Assembly (NCBI GenBank): GCA_043228905.1
Contig: JBHGNT010000011.1
Location: 6,944,001-7,008,000 of the forward strand
DNA length: 64,000 nucleotides
Origin: Azolla caroliniana
Lineage: Eukaryota > Plantae > Polypodiophyta
Direction: 5' to 3'
Made by a program: the position numbers and the translations under genes. The number at the start of each line of letters is the position of its first letter. The stretch's first letter is position 1. Below are positions 1 to 12,600 of the stretch, piece by piece. The notes below the pieces were generated by a model. The model ran no database searches and had not been told where the DNA came from. It was given only the letters and a program-made list of their open reading frames with translations.

Positions 1-370
1 AACCCACTCGTGATGCATCGGTGGGATACCGGTAAGGATGCATTTGAATAACTAATCGTACTTGGTTAAGGAAACCTCTAAACTGCGATCGTGTTCCATC
101 GAACTTCGTGGGAAGGCCAATCTTGGGTTCTTTATGAATCCCTTGTGTTCCGGGCCCTTGTTGTTGCATCGCTACGATGGTTGCTTCGAGTTGTTGCACG
201 CGTAACGCAAGTTCCCCATGTTGTTGTTGCGTTTGCTGCTTTTCTAAGGAGATTTGCTGAAGATCCCCCAGCAACCGTTGGTTTTCTTGTTCCAAAGCAT
301 GGAACTTCTCTTTCAAGCATTGAAATTCCGAGAAAACAGATTGATATTCTTCAGCCCTAACAGTGGCCAT
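1..370 (-). CDS. gag: Gag N-terminus (partial, open to window edge)
   Basis: Manual translation MATVRAEEYQ...EPKIGLPTKFDGTRSQFRGFLNQVRLVIQMHPYRYPTDASRVG contains the PxKFDG-R-F motif of Ty3/gypsy capsids. Not in the ORF track because no stop falls inside the window. Confidence 0.8.
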   Translation of the reverse strand, partial: MATVRAEEYQSVFSEFQCLKEKFHALEQENQRLLGDLQQISLEKQQTQQQHGELALRVQQLEATIVAMQQQGPGTQGIHKEPKIGLPTKFDGTRSQFRGFLNQVRLVIQMHPYRYPTDASRVG

Positions 371-443
371 GGGATGAAAGAAAAGAGGAATAAGAGATTA
401 GTAGGAAATGAGAGAGACAGAAGGTAGGAAAATCGGTTCAAAT

Positions 444-552
444 TGTCAAGAACAGTACTAAGACAGAGAAGGAATTAGTACTAAAAGAAGTATTAGTACT
501 AAGAGAGGTGAAGAACTCTCGAGAGAAGGAAAGAGTGAGTGAGAGGGAGGGA

Positions 553-583
<31 letters not shown>

Positions 584-879
584 TGATGATAAGAAAAGAT
601 ATATATTATGTGAAGAAAATGTACAGTAGCTAGGAGGCTTAAGACTGGCGTTGAACCAATTTGGTTCGAAATAATGCCTTGTGCCTCCTTTTATAGTGTT
701 CTAAGGAATACTCCTGAAGTTTCTAGAATGTTCCAGAGAAATCTGGAATATACATCAATTTTCTATAATAAAATATAAATGAAAATAATATTCTATGTAT
801 TACAATGTATAGTCTAATGGTCAAGAGCTCGACCCATATAGTATAAGGTCATGGGTTCGAGTCTTGCCATATCATGACA
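444..879 (-). repeat. 5' LTR of the gypsy element, containing a (GA)n tract and a tRNA-like module
   Basis: TG...CA ends with 7/8 inverted-repeat match; TATA box present. Confidence 0.75.
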
Positions 880-881
880 CT

Positions 882-1213
882 CAGCCCCCCGGATTTCAGT
901 CGGAGGTGAACAAGTCGGCGGTATGCTGGCTGAGGAAGTCGTTGTACGACTTGAAGCAAGCCCCCCGTGCTTGGAATGCTAAGATCACGCACCGGTTGCG
1001 AAAGATGGGGTTTGTTGCCTCTAAGTCGAACTCTTCCCTGTTCATCTGTCAAGGCTCAAACGGTCCGGTATGTATCTTACTCTATGTTGATGATTTAGTC
1101 ATCACCGGCCCACGTCTTCCGGAAATCAACCGCGTCAAGTCCCAGTTGTCGGACGCATTCGATATGAAGGACATGGGGGACCTTCATTAGTTTTTGGGTA
1201 TCGAGGTGATCCG
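882..1213 (+). pseudogene. Ty1/copia reverse transcriptase fragment (old host element, related to the 15.5-21.3 kb family)
   Basis: QPPGF...LKQAPRAWN...LYVDD...MKDMGDLH; similar to 19150-19490. Confidence 0.9.
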
Positions 1214-2225
1214 TGACGAGAACTCAACGCTCCTTATCCGCAACGCTCGGCCACAACCGAGCTTAGAATCATACACAAAAAACGGGAAATAATAAACGAC
1301 ACAAAGAAGAGAAGAGTACACAGGAGGTTTACGTGGAAAACCCCAAACTAGGGAAAAACCACGCCAGCCCACAGGCTGCAAACTGTCACTATATAAGAAT
1401 GTACAACAGTGAGTTCACGGAGGCAACGACCTCGTGCTCACAGTCTTCACCACATGCGGCGGTTACAACTGAGGCAGCGACCTCTATCTCTCTCTCTCTC
1501 TCTATACACTATTACGCGCACTAATCTCGTGCAAAACAAGAATGACAACTACAACTAAAAGTTTGCCCTAAGTCATTTTTATACTAATATGACTTTTCGG
1601 CTATTTACAAATATAGCCATGATGGACTCTCAGAAAACATATTTACGAATATGTCTCTTCATCCGGTTCTCACCGGGTCTGCACCATCCGGCTCTCCGTA
1701 GCCGGGTACTCCTCATCCGGTCTTCACCGGGTTTGTACCATCCGGCTCTCCGTAGCCGGGTACTCCTCATCCGGTCTTCACCGGGTCTGTACCATCCGGC
1801 TCTCCGTAGCCGGGTACTCCTGATCCGGTCTTCACCGGGTCTGTATCATCCGGCTCTCCGTAGTCGGGTACTCGTCATCTGGATTCGGCCTCGGCCGAGT
1901 TTGTTCATCGGCATTGTTCTTCTCCCTTCCCATCCGGAGGGACCTATCTCCCAATAAACTCCCCCTTCACTCTAGCATGAGGTGTCTTACCAGTCCGATC
2001 CTCTTCCGGCATGCATCCAGCTTGTCGGGTATCAACACTTTGGTCAGCATATCTGACCCGTTCTCGGCCGTGTGGATCTTCGTCAGCGCGAACTCCTGGT
2101 CATCTACTCTTTCCCGGATCCAGTGATACCTTTGCTGGATATGCTTCGTCCGGGAATGGTAGGCCGCATTCTTAGCAAGGTCGATGGCACTTTGACTGTC
2201 GCAATAGAGCCGGTATTCATCTTGT
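1214..2225 (-). mobile_element. 3' end of a Ty1/copia element: RNase H C-terminus, PPT and 3' LTR (~1214-1956)
   Basis: YCDSQSAIDLAKNAAYHSRTKHI...DMLTK; PPT AGAGTGAAGGGGGAG; LTR similar to the LTR starting at 53278. Confidence 0.8.
1657..1877. repeat. 54-bp tandem repeat, ~4 copies, inside the copia LTR U3
   Basis: Unit CTCATCCGGTCTTCACCGGGTCTGTACCATCCGGCTCTCCGTAGCCGGGTACTC; 18-aa periodicity in ORF 1589..1957. Confidence 0.9.
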
Positions 2226-2614
2226 TGTTGTCTGCATGGCCGGACTAGCCTCAACACAGGTGTCTATCCACACTTCTCCAAAGGGGTGGTAAGGATTGAA
2301 TGCTAGGTTACACGCGTAAGATGATTACAATTAAGCACAGACGGTAAACAATACGAAGATACAGATAAACACGCAATAATTACTATTGTATTACTTCCGT
2401 CAAACCCTTTACAATTCAACAGATCCTTTTATAGGCATCCGGCAAGGTTACAATCGGTGCGCTTAGGCAACCGACATCCGAATCGGTCCGAATCCAGATC
2501 GGTACAACTGTACCGGATCCGTCCCTCCGAATAATAATTCTACTATTATTTACTTCCTATTATCCGATCCGACTTCGCCTTCCCACTTGTCCTTGCTCTT
2601 CTGACCGGCCAACA
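2226..2614 (-). repeat. 3' LTR of the gypsy element
   Basis: TGTTG...CAACA termini; minus-strand CTATAAAAGG TATA box at ~2425-2434. Confidence 0.8.
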
Positions 2615-5527
2615 CATGGCACGCCCGTGGGAAAGTGCCTTGCACTTCGAATCCACTCCCGGTCTCATTCTTCCTCCAAAATATCGAGCACACTCTGCCT
2701 GGTCTCCGACCTCCGGTTGGGTTGGCTGTTCCGTAAAAATTTGTTGCTCCAACTCTGCTTGATTCTGTGGTGCCGGTGCTTCCTCACCGCTTCGTCCGGG
2801 TTCTTCCTGTTCTCCCTCCGTTCCAGGCTCTGTTCTGTTACCAGTGTCGCTTTCTCCAGTCTCGACTGGTCGGCTCGATATGCCTCCTTCCTCTGCTCGG
2901 GTGTCTTCCGGTCTCAGCTCTTCTTCTTCTCCGGCATCGGTCTGCTCCTGCTCTTCTTTTTCTCCTTCGAACGGAAGTTCTTCATCGGGTATTCCTCGTC
3001 GGGGTTGTTCGGTGTCGGTTGGTTCAACTTTAGCCGGTCTCTCTCCCTCACTAATAGTGATTGGCGTCGTTCTTCCCTTAGCTTCCTGTTGTAACCAGTC
3101 CTGCTCGTATCTCTCCAACTCCAACTGAGTTGCGAGCTGCCCGTCATCCAACCTCTCTACCAACCCTCGGATTTCTTTGAGATGTTCTTCCGCTAAAGCG
3201 TAGAAATCCTCCGACAATTCTTCCCGAATGGCGACGATACTTTCTTCATCCATCTTGTAGAACTTGTCACCGGTCTTCCTCCGATTCTCGGCATCCGCTC
3301 GGAGTGTCTGCAGCTCGGCTGCCTGTTGTGACCACTCCTTCCATAGCTTTTCCGTACTTTCGTTGATGCTTGCCTGAGCTCGGGTACTCCATCCTGACAT
3401 GATGAGCTTGATCCGGTCGACCCCCGCCTTAGCATGCGCATAAGCTTCTTGCTTTTCCTTCCTTGCCCGTTTTATAATGTCGGCCATTATCTGAGCCTGG
3501 GCCTCGTAATCCGCTTTCTGCTTTTCATAGGTACTTTGCAGTTTGCTGATCGTGAAGGTCGATTTTTCCTTTTCTTCATTCCTGATCTTGGTCAGATCCA
3601 GCTTTTCCCGCCTTAGCGCCTCTAATTCCTTCCTTCTGTCCGTCGCTTGGGCTATTTCCGCCGACAATGCTTCCTTGTTGGCACTGACCTCATCCATTGC
3701 CTTAGCCAGGTCTAATCGGGTCTCTTTGAGCTGTTCTTTCAACTTCTTTATTTGCCGGTCGTAGTCTGCTGCCCGTTTCTTGTTGTCCGACTCGGCCTGC
3801 TTGTGATCTCGGTAGAGACGGTCGAAGTCCTCCGTCTTCTGCTTCAGGCGTCAGTTTGCCTGAGCTCTTAACCGATCGTCCCGGTCCTTCTGTTGTCGGA
3901 GTTCTTCGTGCAGTCGTTCTATCTCCTGCTCGGCATGTCGACGCAGTCGGTCCTTCTCCTTTTGCAGCTTCTCTTTTTCTTCTTGCAGTCGGTCATTAGT
4001 GGCTCGGCCTTTCCGTAGGCGGCCTTCCATTTTTCGTCTGTCCTCCTCCACCGCTTTCCGCTGCTCCCTTTCTTTTTCCCTTAATGCCTCTTGAGCTTTT
4101 AACTCCTCTCGTAAGGTTTCTATTATTTTTTTGGTCTCAGGGCCGGTTTGCAAGGCTACCGGTTCCAGTTCCGGTTCTGGTTGCTTCCTTGTTGTCCCGA
4201 CCGGCTCGGTGACAACTTGTGCTTGTTGAATTCCTTCCCTTGCCTGCAACAGCTCCCCTTGCATTTCCTCGATCTGTGTTCGGAGCGCGACCAACTCCTG
4301 AGTTGTTGTATGCGTCAGCTGTTGCCTACACGTTTCTTCTTCCTCTAACTGGTTCGCTACTCCCGATAACTGCTCTGAAAGCCATCTCAGCCATTGTGGC
4401 TTTGTTCTTCCTGTGTCGGGGTGGCCTTGCTCACTTAACTCCGGCTGTTTTTCGAGCCTTTTCTCTGGCTTCGGCGCTTGTTCATACTTCTTCTCTGGGA
4501 TGACCGGTTCTCTGAAGTCCGGCACAACCGGTGTCGGTGCTGCTTCCCTCGGTACGGGTTCCGGTACTGCTTCCGCCTCGGCTACTGGAGGTGGTCCTTG
4601 TGCCCTCTCCTGAGTTTTGTCAACTGGTGGAGCCGGTCCTTTCGCCTGTCTCTCCCGACCTTGTTTTGCTGGGAGTCTTACCAGTGGTTCGGATGAGTCT
4701 TCAGTTTCAGCTTCCTCCTCCGGTGCGGCTACCAGACGGACCTTTTGTATAAAGACCTCTGGTTCCGGTTCCGGCCGTCGCAACGTTATATTGATTGGTT
4801 TGCGCGGTACCGGTTCCTCCTCGACCGATTTCCCTTTGCCTTTTCCTGCCGGTTTTGCCTTTGTTGCCGATTCCTATTGCTGTCGGGATGGTCCTTCCCC
4901 CCGCTGTTCTGCTTCTTGCTGGGTCCATCCGGGGGTGTGTTTCTCCAAGATCTGTCGGCGCTTTGTGACCTTTTTCGGCGTCGTCTCCTGCCGACCTCTT
5001 TTCTTTTGTGTGATGGGGAGCACCGGTGGGACTAACACCGTTAGCCATTGTGCTATCCCGGCCCATGGCTTTTTTCCTTCCACAAGATTCTTGATGGCCT
5101 CCTTCAATCCTTCGGTTATGAAATGGAGCCAGTCTACTTGTAATCCTTCGTATGCTGCTATTAAGAACGCTGCCCGGTACCTGGCTATGGCCGGGGGACG
5201 AGGATTCACGAATCCGTATTCCATCATGGCGCGGGCCACTTCTCCGAATAGCAGGTTCTCTCCGCCCTGTGTTCGGTACGCCTTGCTGCTGATAGAATAC
5301 TCACCGAAATATTCAAACAGGATTTCACTTGAAGGGTTTTCGATTGTTTGAAGCCCTCCTGCTTTTATCCCCGTGAGCGCCTGCACCGCTCCTTCCGTGA
5401 TTTCTGATAAATCGATCGATGCTGCCGCCTGCTCTGGTTCTCCGTGTGGTGGAGCGTCGGCGATCCGCAGCAATCCTTTTAACCCGTTCTCCCTCATCCA
5501 TTGGCGTGCCTCCTCCGACAGTACCAT
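2546..5527 (-). pseudogene. Extra 3' ORF (~990 codons): N-terminal globular domain plus long coiled coil and acidic tail, broken by two in-frame stops
   Basis: ORFs 4874..5527, 3851..4783 and 2546..3742 are in one frame, separated by single TAG and TGA codons. Own TATA box (CTATAAAAGA) at ~5663-5672. Confidence 0.75.
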
Positions 5528-5958
5528 TGTTTCGAATTCTTCTTCTGCTGTCTGTTGTTCGGGATCGGGCTGTGTGTGCGTTGTGCGTCGGATCGCTCTT
5601 CTGTGCTTCTGCGCCTGTATGTAGGAAAATTCGTAAACAGTGAGTCCTTCGCAGGCCTGTGTCTTTTATAGTGGCTTTTGCCTCGAGCCGCCCTTTTTCG
5701 TTTCCCGCGCATGTTCCTCTCCCGCCATAATTAGTATGTGCTTTCTTGTTTGCCGCGTGTGGGTGCCCACGTTCCATGCTTTAAATAGCAAGTACGCGCA
5801 CGTCCTTCTTTAATGCATGGTGCCTCTTCGTTGCATGGTGGCGCTCCCACCTCTTGTGATCTCCCATCATTACTATGATTCGCGTCGATTTTGCCCACGT
5901 CTTTTTTTTCTTTTTTCTTTTTTTTTTCTTTTTTTTCTCTTTCTTTGTTTGGACCACG

Positions 5959-8900
5959 TCATTTGCTGGTCCCCCGCGATTTGTTCGGGTCAGTTCGTGT
6001 GGATACCGGATCCTTCTGTCGGTTTTCCGGGATAGTCTTTGTCAGTATCGGTGTCGGTTCTTCCTCGGTCCGAATATCTTCAGCAGCGTCTGTCGGTGTC
6101 GGTTCCTCATGTTGCCGGATTTCCGGGTTTTCCTTGAACGGGTTGGCTGGCATATTTCCCTTATACGGCTTTGGCCGAAACCCATTTGCCCACTTGCCGA
6201 TGACATCTCCAGACAACGTGCCGAGCTGATACGACCCATTGTACTCCTTGGTGATCCAGAACGGTCCGGTCCACCGGAACCGCAACTTTCCCGGCATGTT
6301 CCCCATCCGTGTCTGGAATAGTAGCACTGGTTTCCCGACTTCGAACTCCTTTTCGTTGCCACGCCGGTGTCGGTCCACGAAAGCTTTTCTCCTCCTTTGC
6401 TCCAGTTCGAGTTGTAGTAAGCTGGCTATTCGGTTTTCTTCTAATTCCAACAACGCCGCCAGCCGGATTCGTTCGGACTCGTTCTCACTTAAGCGCTCCT
6501 TTACCTGAATCCGTAAGCTGGGGATCTGGAACTCTACCGGCATGACCACGTCTAAACCGAATGCTAGTCGGAACGGGGTTGTTCGGATGTTGGTTTTGTA
6601 CGTTGTTCGGTACGCCCATAACACGCTTTGCAATTTCGTATCCCAGTCGGTTCGGTTCTCGTTAACGATTTTTCGTAGGATGTTCTGCAGAGTTTTATTC
6701 ATTGATTCCGCTAGTCCATTGGCTTGAGGGTAGTAGGGAGTACTCCTTTTATGTACCACCGCGTAAAATGACGTCAGGCTTTCTACTACCTGCCCGAGAA
6801 AATGTCCTGCTTGGTCACTTATAAGCTCGATCGGGCATCCATACCGGCACCATATGCACTCGTACAGAAACTTTGTCGTGGACGCGGCCGTGTTGTCCCG
6901 TAAGGCCTTTGCTTCTACCCATTTGGTGCAATAGTCGGTTGCCACTATGACATACCGATTTCCGGTTCGCATTGCCGGTGGCTTGAAGGGACCGACAAAG
7001 TCCAACCCCCACTTTTGAAACGGTTCCAAAGGCAAGACCGGGTGGTGTGGCATCCGGGCCTGCTTCGTGGGTTGGCCCAGTCGTTGACACAAATCGCATT
7101 CTTTGCTATACTTCACGGCATCTTTTAGGGTGGTGGGCCACCACAGTCCGCTCTGCCATATTTTCCGAGTGGTTGCGTCGCCGGCATAATGCCCGCCGGC
7201 AATTCCACAGTGGGCTTCCCTGAGGATTAAATCCTTCTCATCGCTCCGCACTGCTTGTCTCCAGATGCCATCTGCCCCCTTGTGATAGAGGGTGTCTCCA
7301 ACCAAGCAGAAATGTCTACTTCTTACTGCTACCCTTTTCCTTTCATCGCGGTCCATGTTCTCCGGGGGAACTCCGGTGCTCAGGAACTGATGCATCTCAG
7401 TTAGCCACGTGTCTTCGTCGGCTACCGTTGTATCCATTGCTGGTTTCGTCGTGATCCGGAACAACTCGGCGTCGGGGAACTCATCCTGGACGCCGTCCCC
7501 TGCTTCTCGGGATTCGAGTCTGCTTAGGTAGTCCGCTACCGCATGCTGCGCCCCGGGTCGGTGGAAAATGTCGAATTCAAATTCCTGTAACAGCAGTGTC
7601 CATCGTGCAATTTTTCCCGTCAGGGATGCCTTCGAGACCAGGTAGAGTAGTGTTGAATGGTCGACATGGAAGGAAAACTTCCTTCCGAGCAGATAGTGCC
7701 TGTACTTTGTGACACTATACACCATTCCCAATGCCTCGCATTCCGTCGTAGAGTAATTCCGTTTGGCTTTTGAGAGTTTCCGGCTTGCGTAGTACACCGG
7801 TCGGTACCATTTCGGCTCCGTGAGTTGCATCAGAACGCTACCGATTGCTACGTCCGACGCGTAACGAAGACGTGAAAGCTTTTACTCCAATCCGGCGGTT
7901 GCACCACGGGAGCTTGCGACAGCATAACCTTCAACGCTTGGTAGGCTTTCTCCTCTGTCTCCGCCCATAGAAAGGGTACCCTGTGTACGGCGGTATGTAA
8001 TGGTGTAGCGAAGTCTGCGAGGTGCCGTATCATCCGGCTATGCCACCTTATTTGGCCCAGGAACCGGCTTAAAGCCTTTGCGTTATTTGGTGCTGGTGCC
8101 TCGAGAATCGCCTTGACTTTATCCGGATCTACCGCGATTCCTTCCTTACTCACCACGTGCCCTAGTAAGTTGCCGCTTGCCACTCCAAAGACGCACGTGG
8201 CCGGGTTCAGGCTCAATCGGTACTCGCGGCACTTCTCCAAGCACAGCCAGAGGTGATCGAGATGCTCTCCGTGCCGGCTGTAGACCGCGAAATCGTCAAG
8301 GAAGACCTGCATAAAACCGGGGATATATTCCCCGAAAATTTCCATTATTATCCTTTGAAAGGTCGCTGGAGCCGTCTTTAGTCCGAACATCATCACGACC
8401 GCGACGAACACTCCCCATTCCGTCACGAACGCTGTCTTCTCCTGGTCGGCCGGTTTCATTCGTATTTGGTTGTAACCGCTAAATCCATCCAGGAAGCTGT
8501 AAACTTCGTGGCCAGCTACCGCATCTAACACCCCGTCCGTAAATGGTAGTGGAAACGCATCGGTCACTGTTGCGGCATTTAGTTTTCGGTAGTCCACGCA
8601 TACCCGGATTTTGCAGTTCTTTTTCGGGACCACCACTATCGGACTCAGCCAGGTTGCCTGCTTGACCGGTCGGATAAATCCGACCCGGAGGAGCTTATCA
8701 ATTTCCTCCTTCACGTTCGCCGCATAATTCGGATTCATCCATTACCTGCGTTGAGCGATCAGTTTCGCGTCCGTACTTAGGTGAATTTGGTGCTGATAGA
8801 GCTGGGGGTCCAGCCCTCGCATGTCTTCGTACGACCACGCAAACACATCCTTGAAGTCGGTTAATAATGCTACCATTGCCTTCTTTTCTTCCTTCGGCAA

Positions 8901-9680
8901 TTCCTTTGCAACATTTACCGGTCGGGGCTTGTTTGTTGTGCCGAGGTCCACCTCCTCTAGTTGGGATGCTTTTACCCTCTGGGATATCGTCATTTCCCTC
9001 TCTAGGGATTCCTGCGCTTGTCGCAGTTCCCGGATCGCTGCTTGGTCCGGTTCATCCGGCGTTGTAATGTACGGTTCTACTACCGCCGTGATATCCACCT
9101 CAAATAGTGGGACGATTCGTGGGTGTTCCTCGAGGTACCGCTCGACTTCCTCGTCCGGTAATCCCTCCAACATGTTGATGCTTTCCGCATACAGTGGAGT
9201 TGCTTCCTTACTGGCGATTACCCGTGGTTGCGTTGTTACTCGTACCTTTGCTTTCCCTCGCCGGAATGTGATCATGTTCTTTTGCTAGTTTTGCTTGATA
9301 TGCGCCGTCCGCAGCCATGGTCGTCCTAGTAGTAGGGGGTACGCGCCTTGTACATTCAGCTGCAACACCACGGCCGATATCTGGAATACGTGGCCTTCGA
9401 TCGTGACTTCCAAATCCAGGATAAGTCCGGTCGGTCGGACTGAGCTGGTATCCGCCATGCGTAACCAGAAGGGGCATGGTTCCCATTCCCGGATGCCCAG
9501 GTTGTTGCATGTCTGTCGGCTGATGACATTTACCCCGGAGCCTCCATCAATAATCGTTCCAGCAATTTCCTTTCCTTTCACGATTGTCGTGATCGTCGGG
9601 CTACTTGTATCGACCACCGCTGGTCCTTCCTCCGGGTTGGAGAAGAATGCCGGTGCTGGCGTCGGCTTCGGTTTGCTCAC
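5959..9680 (-). pseudogene. pol: Gypsy pol: protease, RT, RNase H, integrase (stops and one frameshift)
   Basis: IIDGGSG (PR); FLDD (RT); YSTTECEALG (RH); H-H-C-C zinc finger plus WGLDF/ISDQ/NGLAE (INT). Confidence 0.95.
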
Positions 9681-9687
9681 GGATGCC

Positions 9688-12600
9688 TATAAGTCGGAAG
9701 TGAATCTAGTCAGGATTGACAGACTTAAATTCACTGGTGATCTGAACTTTTACATTCACACTCTTCCTCGATCTCAGCCGAAGGCATTAACGAGATCTTT
9801 CTGTCTTTTTTATCCACATACTCCAGGTTTGTACTGAACCTTTGAATTATTTCCTGACTTGTGCCTACCCGCAAGCCGAAACAATGGAGATGGTAGGCCA
9901 TTGGATATGATAATCCACTATTGCCTTCGCCAAGTGAAGATTATCGCAAATATGATAATACTTCCTGATCTTCCGTAGTGAGTGCACAGGTTTCCGTGGG
10001 GTCTTAAGGATCCTGCTGAACGTAAAGAAGAGCTGTTGAATATTTAACGACAGGCCATACAGCTAGTTGTTCCTCGAAGGAACGTCTACGGTTCTTCCCC
10101 CTTCCCCGTGCGCTTCTCTGACTAGGATGAAGCTAGAGTTGGTTGCTAGAGTTCCCGCCCTAACGGGAACCCGGCCTTTGGCCCTCTCTCTTCGGTCTCG
10201 TGGTTCTATCCTCTCCCTTCCAGAGTTTCCCTTTGAAACTGTAGGCACTTCCTCGCCTCGCCTCCCTCGTCCTAGGGTAATTCGGCCGCGAAAAGACGCC
10301 AGGTTGGTTTCCAGGAGAAGGGAGCAAGAGAGCTGTCTGGTAAATTTATCCAGGTCTTCGGGCACCTTCCGCAAAACTCTCGCCAACAGGGTCAGAACTC
10401 TCTTCCTGAGAGCCGCCACGAGCAACTTCTCATGGATCTCAGCCATATAGTGAGCCATGCTTCTCACTCTCAGACGCCACTCACATTATTTCGAGGAGAT
10501 TCGAGGCCAATTCTTGATCAAGGGCACCTTAATACGCATACCCAAAAAGATAGCTTTTGAAAAAGCAATATGCTTTGCTCTAGTCGCCATGCTTACCTCT
10601 AACCGTAGCTGATTCCACAAGAATTTGGTAATTCTGTCCCAAATCCCTCTCACCAAATTCGCGTAACCAGCAATTCCTGGCAATGAGTCATTCGCGTAAC
10701 GCACTTATTTCACCTGAATGGATTTATGGTCTTTGAACGGGGACATGCCCGCCTTTCTAGCCGCCCTCCTGGCCATAACTGCGATTAATATTCCTGGAAG
10801 GAAGGGAGTTTCATAATATGCTAATTGGCTTCGAAGAGAGGATATGCTCTATTCCTTCTGCGGAGCTTACAGGTCTTGGTAGTGCCATATTGTCTAACCA
10901 ATGAATCAATGAACATAGAGGGGGCAAAATGATACTACTCCCCTACAGTACTCCTTCATTTAGGTTAGGCCTTCCTCGCTCACCCTCCATTAGACTTGCC
11001 TCAGAAAGATAGTCTAACAGAAGCATGAATCCAAGATCTTCTATCCTTCGTTCAATGGAAGACATAGGGATCTTCTTATCAATGGAACCGTAACCATTCT
11101 CGATGTTGAGCTCTAACAACCAAGAGATGCCTGTGCACTTTTTCGTTATGAACTCCAATCCCATATGGCACCCTCTGTTCCGCCCGAACCCATGCGAGTA
11201 ATCTAGAAAGGTACTACTTTTTTTATACATGCCTTTTGGAGCTATTCAAACAGCTTCCTACACGACCCTGTCCCTCGGTGAAGTTATGCATTGCGGCCTT
11301 CCAGCAGTTTTATCAGGCTCTGATATCATGACACGTCGAGCGGGTTATACTCCCTCGAAACTGTCATCCCGAATAGCTTAGCAAGTCTCATTAACCCATC
11401 AATTCTCTACCTTTCAGTGAAAGCTTCTGCTTTCCTTAATACCCTCCATACGACTAGTATCTACCATACGATATTAGACATGGGGTTTGCAAAATATCCC
11501 GGAGCCTTCAGGAAATCCCCAAAAGCTCTGGCGAAGATTGTTATTTTCCCGTGCTCTAGCTATTTTGTTCCCTAGACCGTTAACTGTACATATAAATACG
11601 ATGGTGTAGCCACATCTTGAGGATGGTAGAGGGCCGCTACTTCCTACCACGACAAGAACCTAGCATACCATGATCCCGGTAGCCGCGCCCATGCATCTCC
11701 CCGTGCATGCCCCACCGCCAAAGGGGAAGCCTGTAGCAGGACTCGTTGACTTACGCTCTGGCTAGCGCCACACCAACTTCGGTCTTCACGCCGCCCTTAC
11801 TGTCCTTCAAGCGGATGGAGTTAGGTTTACCGTTTACCCACCATGGAGCTTAGGGCCAACGGGTTGTAACATGCTCTTCGCGCGTGATGGCCACCTCAAC
11901 GCTGCCTTTCCCTAGAACTGCACCTTCAAAACAAATACTACCTGAAAAAGAAGAAATGAGCTCTTTCATGCGTTCCATTCCTATGTGTTCGTGAGATTTA
12001 TTTCTTTTCTTGTATTTATAGCTTTTTGTTGTTTTGTAAAAGAAAAGCACTCGGTCTCGCCTTTTTGCTAGTCTCATTTGCTCGGCCAATTCCCTTCCCT
12101 TTCATTTCAATCATTTTCAGCAATGCCAGAAAGCAGCAGAGAAATGGCTAGAGCGAGCTTTGAAAAGTGTAATTCGGTGGGTGATAATGGCTAAGGCGAG
12201 CATTGCTATGGGCGAGCAATGTTGCTTGCAAGGTCTCTAGGTTTTTGCCGCCCGCATCCCGGAACTTCTTTGTGATTTCCCCGCAAGCAAACTCAGGATT
12301 TGTTTCCTAGCATTTGATCCGTCCTTGGAATTTCTTTATGTAGAACAAAGAATTCATGCCCCCAACCACTTGCCAGTCTTGCTTTAACAACTAGGTTTAG
12401 TTCGCCGAAATGATTGATGTCTTGAAGGAATGTTGCCCGAGGGAAGGGAGTTGGCTCGCTCCCCATGCTCACGATAAAGAAAATCAGATAGGCTTCAGGA
12501 AGGCCAAAAAAGCAGCACGTAATAACATCGGAATTTTGAAAGTATACACTTAAGATAGATCTAGAACAAGACCCAAATCCCACCATAAGTGGCAAACCCC

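Larger units (their letters stand above)
1..879 (-). mobile_element. 5' end of a Ty3/gypsy (Tcn1/Tf1-like chromovirus-type) LTR retrotransposon, continuing off the left edge
   Basis: LTR 444-879 with TGTCAAGA...TCATGACA termini and a minus-strand TATAAAA at 689-695, followed by a gag ORF from ATG 370. Confidence 0.8.
2226..9687 (-). mobile_element. 5'-truncated non-chromovirus Ty3/gypsy element (Athila/Tat-related) with an extra 3' ORF
   Basis: PR-RT-RH-INT order, long extra ORF, 3' LTR 2226-2614. Truncated near 9687 against mitochondrial DNA. Confidence 0.9.

Noticed and set aside
1657-1877. Regular repeats as a possible CRISPR array or repeat protein (ORF 1589..1957)
   Set aside because: Head-to-tail 54-bp units with no unique spacers, located inside an LTR in eukaryotic context.
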